Shown: one piece after another, positions 1 through 8,003 of the stretch
How positions within the stretch are numbered: position 1 is the stretch's first letter
Layout: each line of letters starts with the position of its first letter
IMG/VR virus record: IMGVR_UViG_2541047802_000015
Strand: one strand, 5' to 3'
DNA from: a virus
Lineage: Duplodnaviria; Heunggongvirae; Uroviricota; Caudoviricetes
DNA length: 37,585 nt
Translations under genes and position numbers: made by a program
The notes under the pieces: generated by a model
What the model was told of the DNA's origin: nothing
The model's input: only the letters and a program-made list of their open reading frames with translations
Databases searched by the model: none

Positions 1-564
1 TTATCCCCACCGGTCCCATCTCACCAGGTTGTTGATGATAATTTTATTACTAAATTTGCAGGGCGGCCTGGTTTTGTAATCCCGGCTCAGTCCTCTGAAG
101 GCATTGATCTCCCCCCGCTCAAACAGCTCATCCTTATTCTGGTGCAGTTGTTTAAATGTGCTCAGAATGTTCGCTTCGCTGATTTCCGGAAAATTATCAT
201 ATTCCAGTGACCTGAACCCTGTATCACGTGCCTGTGCATCCATTAAGGAAAACATCCCGGAACGCTGCATCAGGTTACGCCAGATTTCGCGCTCAAGATT
301 CCGGGTAATGGCTTTCATTGCTGTTTCTGGTTTCTCCATCATCCAGCAACCACAGCGAAAATTCTGTTTCATCGCCCAGTCCGGGGCGGCTTTACCGCCA
401 ATATTTTCCGTCAGTGCTGAGATTTCTGTCAGTTGCCGGATAAGCGTGTCGATTTGCAGTAGTGTACTCTTTCGTACAGCCAGGATGTGTCTGATACTTG
501 TGGAACAGATAACGGCTGTATGCCCGTTGACCGCGTTCGGGTGGGGGATTGTGATATCTGACAT
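1..564 (-). CDS. hypothetical protein (187 aa), last gene of the island segment
   Basis: Complete ORF with stop at window edge; AAGGA-like RBS upstream of ATG at 564; no family recognised. Confidence 0.45.
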   Translation of the reverse strand: MSDITIPHPNAVNGHTAVICSTSIRHILAVRKSTLLQIDTLIRQLTEISALTENIGGKAAPDWAMKQNFRCGCWMMEKPETAMKAITRNLEREIWRNLMQRSGMFSLMDAQARDTGFRSLEYDNFPEISEANILSTFKQLHQNKDELFERGEINAFRGLSRDYKTRPPCKFSNKIIINNLVRWDRWG

Positions 565-584
565 TATGAGGTTTCCTTTCTGTT

Positions 585-619
585 TATAAACGAAAACGCC
601 AGCCCTGTTCAGGCTGGCG
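585..619 (-). terminator. putative intrinsic terminator after the cbtA-cluster operon
   Basis: 8-bp GC-rich stem (597-604 pairs with 612-619), 7-nt loop, followed on the minus-strand RNA by UUUUCGUUUAUA; lies just downstream of the ORF ending at 649. Confidence 0.55.
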
Positions 620-648
620 TCAGGAGAATGGAGTCTGGTGAGTGAGAT

Positions 649-1071
649 TCACCGGTTCTGGTGCATAAGTTGCAGTTGGTGCAGGGTACGGATATCCTCC
701 CTGGCCTGTTCAATACAGGGCAGCAGTGCTGCCGAATCCGTTTTATCCTCATCGTTGTCGAAAATAATTCCGGACCCGCAGTCGATATTGTCCTGCAGCC
801 ACGCAATGAGGATATCCAGCGCTGTTTCAGTGGTTAATGGCATCACGCTCTGTATCACTGTATTGTCTTCCGGCAACTGATGAGGGCTGGCATAAGTTGC
901 CGGTGTTTCGGTAGAGTCACGGTCATCCACCACGCGGAGTGAATCACCGTTTTCAGCGGCCTTATTAATCAGTTCAGCGAGATTAACACCATCAATGTCA
1001 ACGACAATTCGCCCCATATTCAGTGCCTGTACGTTAACGCTGTCGGCTTCCGGCGTCAGGGAAAGTTTCAT
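649..1071 (-). CDS. hypothetical protein downstream of cbtA (YeeW-position, acidic)
   Basis: 140-aa ORF; ATGA overlap with the cbtA-like stop suggests translational coupling; family not recognised. Confidence 0.5.
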   Translation of the reverse strand: MKLSLTPEADSVNVQALNMGRIVVDIDGVNLAELINKAAENGDSLRVVDDRDSTETPATYASPHQLPEDNTVIQSVMPLTTETALDILIAWLQDNIDCGSGIIFDNDEDKTDSAALLPCIEQAREDIRTLHQLQLMHQNR

Positions 1072-1445
1072 TGTTTCACCTCCGGGTGCTTACCCAGGAT
1101 AATATTATTTACCGTTCTGTAATTGTCGCGGGTCATCAGGCCGGTCGCCCTGCGAGCCCGGAGGATATCAATACTGTTTATTAACTGAGAACGGGTACAG
1201 GCGCTGAATCCCGGCTGGTCGGTACGTACCAGTGCGTATTTTTCAACGAGAAAGTTCACCGCATCGCACAGTGAAATGCCTGCCTCAATATGCTGCTCAA
1301 TCACACGTTCATCAGCGAACGGTGTGTCATTCAGCGTAAGGCCGTAGTGCTGATCCAGCAGTCGGGTGAGCAGTGTCTGCCAGATTTCAACCGGAGACGG
1401 GCGTGAACTGGCCGCCTGCCCGGGTAATACAGGTAATGTTTTCAT
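1068..1445 (-). CDS. cbtA: CbtA/YeeV-family type IV toxin (cytoskeleton-targeting)
   Basis: 125-aa protein beginning MKTLPVLPGQAASSRPSPVEIWQ, matching my memory of E. coli YeeV/YkfI/YpjF; sits directly downstream of its antitoxin. Confidence 0.8.
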   Translation of the reverse strand: MKTLPVLPGQAASSRPSPVEIWQTLLTRLLDQHYGLTLNDTPFADERVIEQHIEAGISLCDAVNFLVEKYALVRTDQPGFSACTRSQLINSIDILRARRATGLMTRDNYRTVNNIILGKHPEVKQ

Positions 1446-1533
1446 ACTGAAGATTTTCCTGATATGCAGAGATGAAAAATGGAAAAGTGGCGTGGTGAAA
1501 GCACCAGGCCGAGCAGAAGGTTATTCTGGAGAG

Positions 1534-1902
1534 TTACTTTTTCGTTTCGGGCGTCGGATAAACAGCCATATAAACGTAGCCACAACTGCCGAGGGTGTCG
1601 GCTTCGCAGGTCAGCCCTTTTGCATACAGCGTGACGGTATGCTGATGGCGGGGATTCAGTTCACCGCTGGTGAGCATGAGTTCCAGTTGTTTCATCAGCA
1701 GCGGAAAGGCCTGGTCCAGGTGGTACGAATCCGCGTCGCTGAACCGCCCTCTGATACCGGCGCGGTCGGCAAGGTAATGCAACCGGTTGCCTTCCTGTAC
1801 CAGACGGGCACCAAAACAGGGCGTCACGGTGCAGGGCAGTCCCCACCAGGTACGGTCGTTATTGTCGTCGGGAAGCGTTGTCCCGGGGAGTGTGTCTGAC
1901 AC
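1534..1902 (-). CDS. cbeA: CbeA/YeeU-family type IV antitoxin
   Basis: 122-aa protein beginning MSDTLPGTTLPDDN...WWGLPCTVTPCFGARLVQEGNRLHYLADRAG, matching the remembered YeeU/YfjZ family; paired with cbtA. Confidence 0.8.
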   Translation of the reverse strand: MSDTLPGTTLPDDNNDRTWWGLPCTVTPCFGARLVQEGNRLHYLADRAGIRGRFSDADSYHLDQAFPLLMKQLELMLTSGELNPRHQHTVTLYAKGLTCEADTLGSCGYVYMAVYPTPETKK

Positions 1903-1981
1903 GATAAAATCCTCACAGAAAATTGGTTAAGAATGGTCCGGTGGTGGCGATAATTCTGCTCTTCTGAATGCCCTTCCAGAC

Positions 1982-2203
1982 TCAGTTCAGGGTGACGCTC
2001 ATCAGCCGGACATACGGACCAAAACTGTCCTTCCGGCGTTCTGCAAACACGGCCAGCACACAGGGAATATCCTGTACTTCACGGCCGGTATATGTATCCG
2101 TGCTACCGTGCCAGCGGTATTTACCGGTACAGAACGGAAAAAGACGGGATGCAGGATGCTGACGGTGAATACGCATGGCTTCACCACGGGTGATGATTTT
2201 CAT
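1982..2203 (-). CDS. DUF987 (YeeT/YkfH-like) protein
   Basis: 73-aa protein MKIITRGEAMRIHRQHPASRLFPFCTGKYRWHG... typical of the small gene between radC-like and cbeA in CP4-type islands. Confidence 0.75.
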   Translation of the reverse strand: MKIITRGEAMRIHRQHPASRLFPFCTGKYRWHGSTDTYTGREVQDIPCVLAVFAERRKDSFGPYVRLMSVTLN

Positions 2204-2289
2204 GAGAATAGTCCTCCTGAATGTGAAAGTAAGAAACAGCTGAGAAAGAGAAACTGAAGTGATATGAAGGTGATTGTGACGGTGACGGG

Positions 2290-2766
2290 TTAAAGCAGAC
2301 CGTGTTCCGCAAAGGAGAAAACCTGGCTGCCACCGACTATCAGATGGTCCGGCACCCGGATATCCACCAGGCCCAGTGCCTGTACCAGACGTTCCGTGAT
2401 AAGGCGGTCTGCCTTGCTGGGTGTGACTTCACCGGACGGGTGATTGTGTGCCAGCACCACAGCAGCGGCATTGTGATACAGGGCGCGTTTAATCACTTCC
2501 CGGGGATGGACTTCCGTGCGGTTGATGGTGCCGGTGAAGAGGGTTTCACCGGCAATCAGCTGATTCTGGTTGTTCAGATACAGCACCCGGAACTCTTCCC
2601 GCTCCAGTCCCGCCATGTTCAGAATCAGCCATTCTCGTGCCGCACGGGTGGAGGTGAAGGCCACGCCGGGTTCATGAAGATGGCGGTCCAGGGTTTTCAG
2701 GGCCCGTTGAATGAGGCTGCGCTCACCGGGCGTCATTTCTCCGGGCAGAAAGGAAATCTGTTGCAT
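2290..2766 (-). CDS. RadC-like JAB-domain protein (YeeS/YkfG/YfjY family)
   Basis: 158 aa with the JAB metalloprotease motif HNHPSG and a conserved RadC-like C-terminal region. Confidence 0.8.
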   Translation of the reverse strand: MQQISFLPGEMTPGERSLIQRALKTLDRHLHEPGVAFTSTRAAREWLILNMAGLEREEFRVLYLNNQNQLIAGETLFTGTINRTEVHPREVIKRALYHNAAAVVLAHNHPSGEVTPSKADRLITERLVQALGLVDIRVPDHLIVGGSQVFSFAEHGLL

Positions 2767-2780
2767 TGTTCCGGCCCCTT

Positions 2781-3260
2781 TCAGTCAATGATGCGCATAA
2801 TGGCGCTGCATTCCGGATGCTGCAGGGCGTAATCCCGCAGCCGGTAATAATGGACCGTCATGGCATAACATTCCGTACGACAGGCATGATGGCTGTACGT
2901 CATCAGACAGGCGGCAATACCGGCAGCTTCCGGACTCATTTCAGCGCGGTTACCGTTCATGGCATTGAACAGTACCCATGTTTCGTCATCATCGTCATCC
3001 GGTTCAGGTGCCATAAATGCGCCACCGTTGTTCAGGGTGTACAGATTCCAGATGCCCCCGCAGTAGTCTTCGCACAGACGGTCCATCCAGCCGAAGACAC
3101 GGGGCTCCAGGGTCACCCACTGTGGAATGAGGCCAAAATGCTGCGGCCAGAAGCTGATACGTTGTTCATCAGGGACGGGAGTAGCAACCAGTTGGGGCTG
3201 GTTATTCCCTGGTGCTGTGGCTGAAGAAAGAGCAGTTGTGTTCTGAGAAACGATTTTCAT
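2781..3260 (-). CDS. antirestriction protein (KlcA/ArdB family)
   Basis: Acidic DDDDDE stretch and family-like core; start refined to the internal Met at 3260 (MKIVSQ...) preceded by AAGGA; the track ORF runs to 3317. Confidence 0.75.
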   Translation of the reverse strand: MKIVSQNTTALSSATAPGNNQPQLVATPVPDEQRISFWPQHFGLIPQWVTLEPRVFGWMDRLCEDYCGGIWNLYTLNNGGAFMAPEPDDDDDETWVLFNAMNGNRAEMSPEAAGIAACLMTYSHHACRTECYAMTVHYYRLRDYALQHPECSAIMRIID

Positions 3261-3312
3261 GAGTGAAATCCTTACAATGTGTATAAATGAGAGGAAATAA
3301 AGGCCGGGGGCT

Positions 3313-3359
3313 GACATGATCAGACATGAGATAAATGAAGGGGGATCCGTGAGATAAAT
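3313..3359. repeat. short direct repeats upstream of the klcA-like gene
   Basis: GACATGA at 3313 and 3323; TGAGATAAAT at 3327 and 3350; non-coding stretch between island genes and prophage genes. Confidence 0.4.
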
Positions 3360-3512
3360 AACGAATTGGAGTGGGTTAACATGGGTTCTGGTGAACAGAA
3401 CTGAAATTCTTTTCCGCTATACGATAGATAAGTCGGGCATTGAAATCATCCTTCCTGGCAACTTAGAATCGAGTTTGCTGAAACATGACCCGCAACAAAA
3501 AGGATGATTCCA

Positions 3513-3674
3513 ATGACTACTCAAAACAATAAGCATGATAGCCTGGATTACTCAGAAAAGCCCAAAAGCAAGCACATCGTGACGTTCGAGCGCGATTCCG
3601 GTAGAAAAGGAGAATCGTCTTCCTCTGCCAATAAAACCACTATGCCGGCAGCCCCTGCCCCAGGGAAAAAATAA
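3513..3674 (+). CDS. small hydrophilic ORF (53 aa), not in the ORF track
   Basis: ATG at 3513 preceded by AAGGA 8 nt upstream; in-frame to TAA at 3672-3674; below the track length cut-off; low-complexity Ser/Pro/Lys-rich product. Confidence 0.2.
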   Translation: MTTQNNKHDSLDYSEKPKSKHIVTFERDSGRKGESSSSANKTTMPAAPAPGKK

Positions 3675-3677
3675 ACA

Positions 3678-4310
3678 TCATTCATCGTTCGTTGCACGAA
3701 CGCGCCTGATCTCCACTCTGGCAATCTGATCTGCTGGAATATAGGTTGCCAGAGCTCCCCAGTACTTATCAACCACGCCTTTATACTCTTCCCATTCGTT
3801 ACTGCCTGAAGGGCTGCTGTGCGTGACGTAAAGAACCATATCGCCTTTATTCCCCAGGGTAAACGGACCGTTAGGCCACTCTTCAAAGTTCCCTGGCAGC
3901 CGTGACATCATACCGGAACCATCGCGAAGAATCACTCTGACCTCGGTAACGCTGAAGCCTGTTTGATCAAACATTGCCTGCCATGCTGAGCTGGTATCGT
4001 CAGACCATGAAATATCATTATTCCACAGTAATCTGTACATCCATTTGCGACCGTACCTGCGCCACCACGCACCGCATGTAACGGCACACAGAAGTGCTGG
4101 TGGTGTTGCCAGCCAGGCATTCAGACCTGCCCACATAACAGCCTGGTAAGCCATCATTGCTGTCAGGCCAAAAATCAGCGAAGAAAAAGTCACCTCAATG
4201 GGCTTGTGGTGATCCTTCAGTCCCACATTCGCAATAAAATACCCAATATAGCCACTGGTCAGGGTCACCAGTGTTGCCCATGGCAGATTTAACAACGAAA
4301 CGTCAAACAT
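3678..4310 (-). CDS. membrane protein of unknown function (3 predicted N-terminal TM helices plus soluble C-terminal domain)
   Basis: Start refined to the Met at 4310 (MFDVSLLNLPW...) with GGGAG RBS; hydrophobic N-terminal third; terminal gene of the leftward phage arm. Confidence 0.5.
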   Translation of the reverse strand: MFDVSLLNLPWATLVTLTSGYIGYFIANVGLKDHHKPIEVTFSSLIFGLTAMMAYQAVMWAGLNAWLATPPALLCAVTCGAWWRRYGRKWMYRLLWNNDISWSDDTSSAWQAMFDQTGFSVTEVRVILRDGSGMMSRLPGNFEEWPNGPFTLGNKGDMVLYVTHSSPSGSNEWEEYKGVVDKYWGALATYIPADQIARVEIRRVRATNDE

Positions 4311-4424
4311 ATTTTCTCCCTGCATCCTGAATACTAAAGAGAGAGCATAAAAAAAGCACGGTAAGGGGTCTACCGTGCTTTTATACAATAAGGAGATTTT
4401 TGAAAGGACTTTAACAAGCAGGAA

Positions 4425-4823
4425 TTATCTGGATTTGTTAACGTCTTTCGTCTCCTCTGGCAGATCTTCATCAAACAACCTGCCCTGCATCCGATCCAGT
4501 TCTTCTTTTCTGACCCGCTTAACCACGCTGTAGACCCACTGAAGCGAAACACCAAACTTGCGGGCCAGTTCGTGGTGGTTGCGTCCGTTAAACTCCCTGA
4601 AGATTTCCCGGTCGCGCTGACTGACCTTCCATACCATGCCCATCGGGAAATAAACGTTTTGCCCGCCCCAGACCTGCATCATTCGGTTCGCGACGGCCTG
4701 ACCAATCTGGTCGGCAATTGCGGGCTCAATATCAATAATCTCGCGAACGGTCTCAGAGGTATGCTGTGCCAGCTCCACCAGGAGTTCCGGCCCTTTACTT
4801 CGAAACTGATTCAGGTCGCTCAT
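4425..4823 (-). CDS. Mor/C-family transcriptional activator (candidate late-gene activator)
   Basis: 132 aa; C-terminal HTH region with DREIFREFNGRNHHELARKFGVSLQWVYSVV resembling the Mu Mor/C family. Confidence 0.65.
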   Translation of the reverse strand: MSDLNQFRSKGPELLVELAQHTSETVREIIDIEPAIADQIGQAVANRMMQVWGGQNVYFPMGMVWKVSQRDREIFREFNGRNHHELARKFGVSLQWVYSVVKRVRKEELDRMQGRLFDEDLPEETKDVNKSR

Positions 4824-5247
4824 GTTTTACTCCCGCAGCTCTGTGCTGCCACTTCTTCAGTTTCTCAATAACACTGCTTGCCTGTTCAGTATTGAGCCAG
4901 CGCAGGGCGCTGATGCCCGTTTCCCGCTTGATCCACCGCGCTAATGCATTTTCTGAACGGTCACGAACAATGCCGGCAGCAGCCATTTCAAGCCATAGCG
5001 CACGGATTTTCCTGGACTGCGGATGGTTATCCAGCGGTAAACCGGAGCTGGCTTTTCCGGCAGGCTTAACGCGAAAGCCTTTCCTTTTCATGGATTCCAG
5101 CACGCAGTTTAGTTGTGTGGTATCCATTCCTTTGGTTGAGGCTTTACCGGTCAGCCCCTGTAACATCTGGCGATAGGTGTCTTCATCCATACCCAGTTCA
5201 TTACGGGCAATATGAATGAGCTGGATAAGACGTTGTTTAGTCATCAT
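4795..5247 (-). CDS. Mu gp16/GemA-like protein (DUF1018-like)
   Basis: Start refined to 5247 (MMTKQRLIQLIHIARNELGMDEDTYRQ...) with AAGGAG RBS; similarity is from memory of the GemA family. Confidence 0.55.
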   Translation of the reverse strand: MMTKQRLIQLIHIARNELGMDEDTYRQMLQGLTGKASTKGMDTTQLNCVLESMKRKGFRVKPAGKASSGLPLDNHPQSRKIRALWLEMAAAGIVRDRSENALARWIKRETGISALRWLNTEQASSVIEKLKKWQHRAAGVKHERPESVSK

Positions 5248-5452
5248 CGTTGCTCCTTTTACCTGCGCCACCGATATAATCGACATATAAAGGAAGCGCC
5301 ACAGGCCAGCACAGGAACATCACCGACCAGCTAATCCAGTAGCCGGCACCACTGTAACGTGAATAAAACCCTGAACGGCGGTGCAGTTCAGCAGTACACC
5401 AACCGACAAAACAATACCAGAACAGGGCACATACAACAGATTCAGCCGTCAT
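5237..5452 (-). CDS. small membrane protein (about 71 aa, two hydrophobic segments)
   Basis: Internal Met at 5452 in track ORF 5237..5608; hydrophobic composition; weak RBS. Confidence 0.3.
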   Translation of the reverse strand: MTAESVVCALFWYCFVGWCTAELHRRSGFYSRYSGAGYWISWSVMFLCWPVALPLYVDYIGGAGKRSNDDD

Positions 5453-5672
5453 TCTGAATATCCCCCCAACTGATATGAATATTACGGGCAGCAATGACAG
5501 GGTCGTTATTCCACCATGCACCTGACATGTATTTTTCAACCTGTTCGCGTCCGGCAATAACACCAATTGTGATCCCCGGCCTGACGTTCTTAAAAAAGGC
5601 GCGGGCAAAAAGGTATCTGGCAGATATTCGGCAGGCTTTTAATTTCCGGCTGTTACCTGATAGCGTAATCAT
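5442..5672 (-). CDS. hypothetical small protein (76 aa)
   Basis: Start overlaps the stop of the upstream gene (ATGA arrangement at 5669-5672), suggesting coupling. Confidence 0.3.
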   Translation of the reverse strand: MITLSGNSRKLKACRISARYLFARAFFKNVRPGITIGVIAGREQVEKYMSGAWWNNDPVIAARNIHISWGDIQNDG

Positions 5673-6352
5673 CTGGCCTCCAGTTTCTGTTGTTCCTGCC
5701 CACTGACCGGGCGGTGCAGTCTGACGTTCTGCCCTTCACGAAACCCCGCATAGCGCGAGGCGTCGCCATTGCGGCTTCTTCCCGGTTTACGCGCCCTGGT
5801 GGTTTGCGTCTGCGGGTATTTATGTTCCAGCCACTGCTGCATCAGTTCACGCTCATCATCGGTCAGGGCAAAGGACTGTATTTCACTGATAACGGCCAGC
5901 ACCCAGCCTTCGGCAAACTGGTCTCCACGGCTGGTGCGGGTGGCGGTTTTTATTCTTTTGTTCTGTGCACTGATATACTGCTGACGCGCCTTTTTCAGCT
6001 GACGGGCCAGCACTTCCCAGGTGTATGCAGCCAGTGCCGCACGTTCCCGGTTGCCGTAGAACCCCACAGACGGATGCGTGCCGGGGTGAATGATGGAGTT
6101 AACACCAAATACCTCGCGGATGATGTTCATCAGGCCTGGCATGTAGCGCGGTGGACGGAGACTGCCTGTCGGCCAGTAGTGACTGATGGTTTCATCAATA
6201 TCACTCATAGCAATGTCGGAATGTGTGATGCCGTGAACATCCATCAGTTTACGGGCTCGGCGCAGTGCCAGAGCGGCCTCGTGCGGGTTGCCGGATGCGG
6301 CCAGCGCCAGCAACTTTTTCAGTTTCTCAATGTGTTTATTCTGGTCTGTCAT
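5669..6352 (-). CDS. phage protein, DUF2786-like N-terminal domain
   Basis: Start refined to 6352 (MTDQNKHIEKLKKLLALAASGNPHEAALALRRARKLM...); ATGA overlap with the upstream ORF stop. Confidence 0.5.
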   Translation of the reverse strand: MTDQNKHIEKLKKLLALAASGNPHEAALALRRARKLMDVHGITHSDIAMSDIDETISHYWPTGSLRPPRYMPGLMNIIREVFGVNSIIHPGTHPSVGFYGNRERAALAAYTWEVLARQLKKARQQYISAQNKRIKTATRTSRGDQFAEGWVLAVISEIQSFALTDDERELMQQWLEHKYPQTQTTRARKPGRSRNGDASRYAGFREGQNVRLHRPVSGQEQQKLEAR

Positions 6353-6564
6353 TGTTCTGTATCTCCGGTATTTTTCTGCCGTTTCCATGCCCGGACAGCG
6401 TCGGACAGCTCTTTCAGGCTGTATGCTGCTTTAAGCTTTTCCCATAACCACTGTGTTGTTATGTGCATCAGCAGGGCAGCCAGGGCTGCCCCCGCACTGA
6501 GGCATGTCGCCAGGCCAGTAAGAATCAGTATCCATGCGGTGATTTCCCTGAGTATGTCAGCCAT
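6349..6564 (-). CDS. small membrane protein (71 aa)
   Basis: One strongly hydrophobic segment (WILILTGLATCLSAGAALAALLM); translationally coupled to the next gene. Confidence 0.4.
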   Translation of the reverse strand: MADILREITAWILILTGLATCLSAGAALAALLMHITTQWLWEKLKAAYSLKELSDAVRAWKRQKNTGDTEQ

Positions 6565-6578
6565 TGAATGCCTCCCGG

Positions 6579-6875
6579 TTACTCGTTCGTGTAAATCACG
6601 CCCAGTCGTGCAGCCAGACGTTCCAGTTTTTTCTGTTTGTGGAAGTCAATCAGCCGGTCCATCCCCTGAAGGCGCAATTGCTCTGTCATGATTTCCACGT
6701 CTGCCAGCTCTGCCGCGAGGTCGCTTTCGCTGCCCTGTCCGTTCAGATTGCGGGCAGCACTGGCCGCCAGTTCAGCGGCCTCTTCTGTCAGTTTCAGGGC
6801 CTGTGCGTCCGGCCCGAAACGCTGCAGGGCCAGACGGTAGAGGGCGGTGCGGGTGAGTATGGTGTTCCGTGTCAT
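6579..6875 (-). CDS. MazG-like nucleotide pyrophosphohydrolase domain protein
   Basis: 98 aa, all-alpha; KLTEEAAELAAS and ELADVEIMTEQL resemble MazG-family EExxE/D motifs (from memory). Confidence 0.45.
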   Translation of the reverse strand: MTRNTILTRTALYRLALQRFGPDAQALKLTEEAAELAASAARNLNGQGSESDLAAELADVEIMTEQLRLQGMDRLIDFHKQKKLERLAARLGVIYTNE

Positions 6876-6884
6876 GCCGCGCCC

Positions 6885-7157
6885 TCAGTGCTTCCGGCTG
6901 ACGGTGATGTGCAGGCCGCCTTCTGCAGTGGTTTCCATCCGGTACGGCACCTCATGCTCTGCCGTGTGGGTGAGTGTGTTCATCAGTACCTGCAGGGCAG
7001 CCGCCTTTCCGTTGGTTGCCACAATGGCCTGTGTGGTCATGCTGATTAGCGCCGTCAGGACGTGCTTCACATCGGTGAGGTCGCGGCATTCACACTCGTT
7101 GACATAGTGTTCAACAAGGGTTCGGGTGCGCTGTCGTGCTTCCTGTGGGGTAATCAT
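6885..7157 (-). CDS. hypothetical protein (90 aa)
   Basis: ORF in the early operon frame series; overlaps neighbours by 4 nt. Confidence 0.4.
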   Translation of the reverse strand: MITPQEARQRTRTLVEHYVNECECRDLTDVKHVLTALISMTTQAIVATNGKAAALQVLMNTLTHTAEHEVPYRMETTAEGGLHITVSRKH

Positions 7158-7348
7158 TGCGAGTCCTCCCTGTCAGGGCGGGAGAATTCCATGACGGGCA
7201 CGTCTGCCGAAAAATGCTGGCTGCAGTACGGGCAGACCAGGGTGACGCGTACCGCAGGGATGTGGTATTTACCGGACATCACGGCGATGGCGCTGTGAAA
7301 ACGCAGGGCTGTTATATCCCTCTCGCACTGAATACATTTAAATATCAT
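7154..7348 (-). CDS. zinc-ribbon-like small protein (CxxC...CxxC)
   Basis: 64 aa with CIQC and CPYC pairs; GAGGAG RBS upstream. Confidence 0.45.
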   Translation of the reverse strand: MIFKCIQCERDITALRFHSAIAVMSGKYHIPAVRVTLVCPYCSQHFSADVPVMEFSRPDREDSQ

Positions 7349-7445
7349 GATTTAATTCTCCTCTGTTTCCGGCGTGCAGAAGCCCGCGGCGCTGACGCCG
7401 GAATAAAAAAGAAAATGTTTTTATTAAATAATTAACGTGGTGTGT

Positions 7446-7976
7446 TTACTGCACATCCTGCTCAAAAGGAATTATTGAAAAATCCTCAATGTCGCTTTTA
7501 ATGGAAATACCGGGAATATTTTTCACGGCCTCTTTTTCATTCAGGATAGCGTCTTTATTTATTTCCTCTTTTACACGAATAAAGCGCTCAAGCCCCAGAC
7601 GTCTCAGTAATTCAATAACATTATCCGCCCCACGGATACTGACTGATGGCGGACGGTTTCGCCACTGCACCTCGCCGGTGGTAAGGTTAGCGAACTTCAC
7701 CTTCCCGTTGCCGGTCAGTTCATCACGGTGCGCCTCACACCATGTCTGGATACCGGACTGCAGTTCGGCCATGCGTTTTTTCAGGCTCTCGGTGAGCGGG
7801 GCATAACGTGCGGTGATATCGCCAATGGCGTCATTCATTTCTGTTTCAGCCCTGACCAGTTCACGTTGTGCGTCACCGAGTAGTCTGATTCCCTCAATGA
7901 CCTCTTCGCGTGTCCCTGGTACCCAGAGTGCCGCTGCGGCCTTGATACGTTTTGCCCCTTTTGTACTTTTTGCCAT
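7446..7976 (-). CDS. gam: Gam-like host-nuclease inhibitor (Mu Gam family)
   Basis: 176 aa; the ETEMNDAIGDITARYAP and KSDIEDFSIIPFEQ regions closely resemble my memory of Mu Gam. Confidence 0.8.
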   Translation of the reverse strand: MAKSTKGAKRIKAAAALWVPGTREEVIEGIRLLGDAQRELVRAETEMNDAIGDITARYAPLTESLKKRMAELQSGIQTWCEAHRDELTGNGKVKFANLTTGEVQWRNRPPSVSIRGADNVIELLRRLGLERFIRVKEEINKDAILNEKEAVKNIPGISIKSDIEDFSIIPFEQDVQ

Positions 7977-8003
7977 ATTTTATGATTTCTCCGGTTGTGC
8001 TGA

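Larger units (their letters stand above)
1..3317. mobile_element. CP4-type island/prophage-remnant accessory segment (klcA-radC-DUF987-cbeA-cbtA)
   Basis: Gene order and content match the conserved accessory cluster of E. coli CP4-like elements (from memory). Confidence 0.5.

Noticed and set aside
104-589. 161-aa plus-strand ORF
   Set aside because: Antisense to the 1..564 ORF, which has an RBS and lies in the island operon orientation; Cys/Ser-rich artefactual composition.
2002-2187. Alternative-frame 61-aa ORF inside the DUF987 gene
   Set aside because: Same strand, different frame; the 1982..2203 frame gives the conserved YeeT-like protein.
3548-3886. 112-aa minus-strand ORF
   Set aside because: Overlaps the 3' half of the membrane-protein gene in another frame and extends into the non-coding junction; no RBS; implausible composition.
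5690-6691. Long plus-strand ORF (333 aa) across the early region
   Set aside because: Antisense to four translationally coupled minus-strand genes with good RBSs; low-complexity Arg/Ser/Cys-rich translation typical of a reverse-strand artefact in GC-rich coding DNA.
7349-7445. Hairpin CCGGCGT...ACGCCGG downstream of gam, considered as a terminator
   Set aside because: No U-tract follows the stem on either strand; more likely a leader structure for the zinc-ribbon gene, so not called a terminator.
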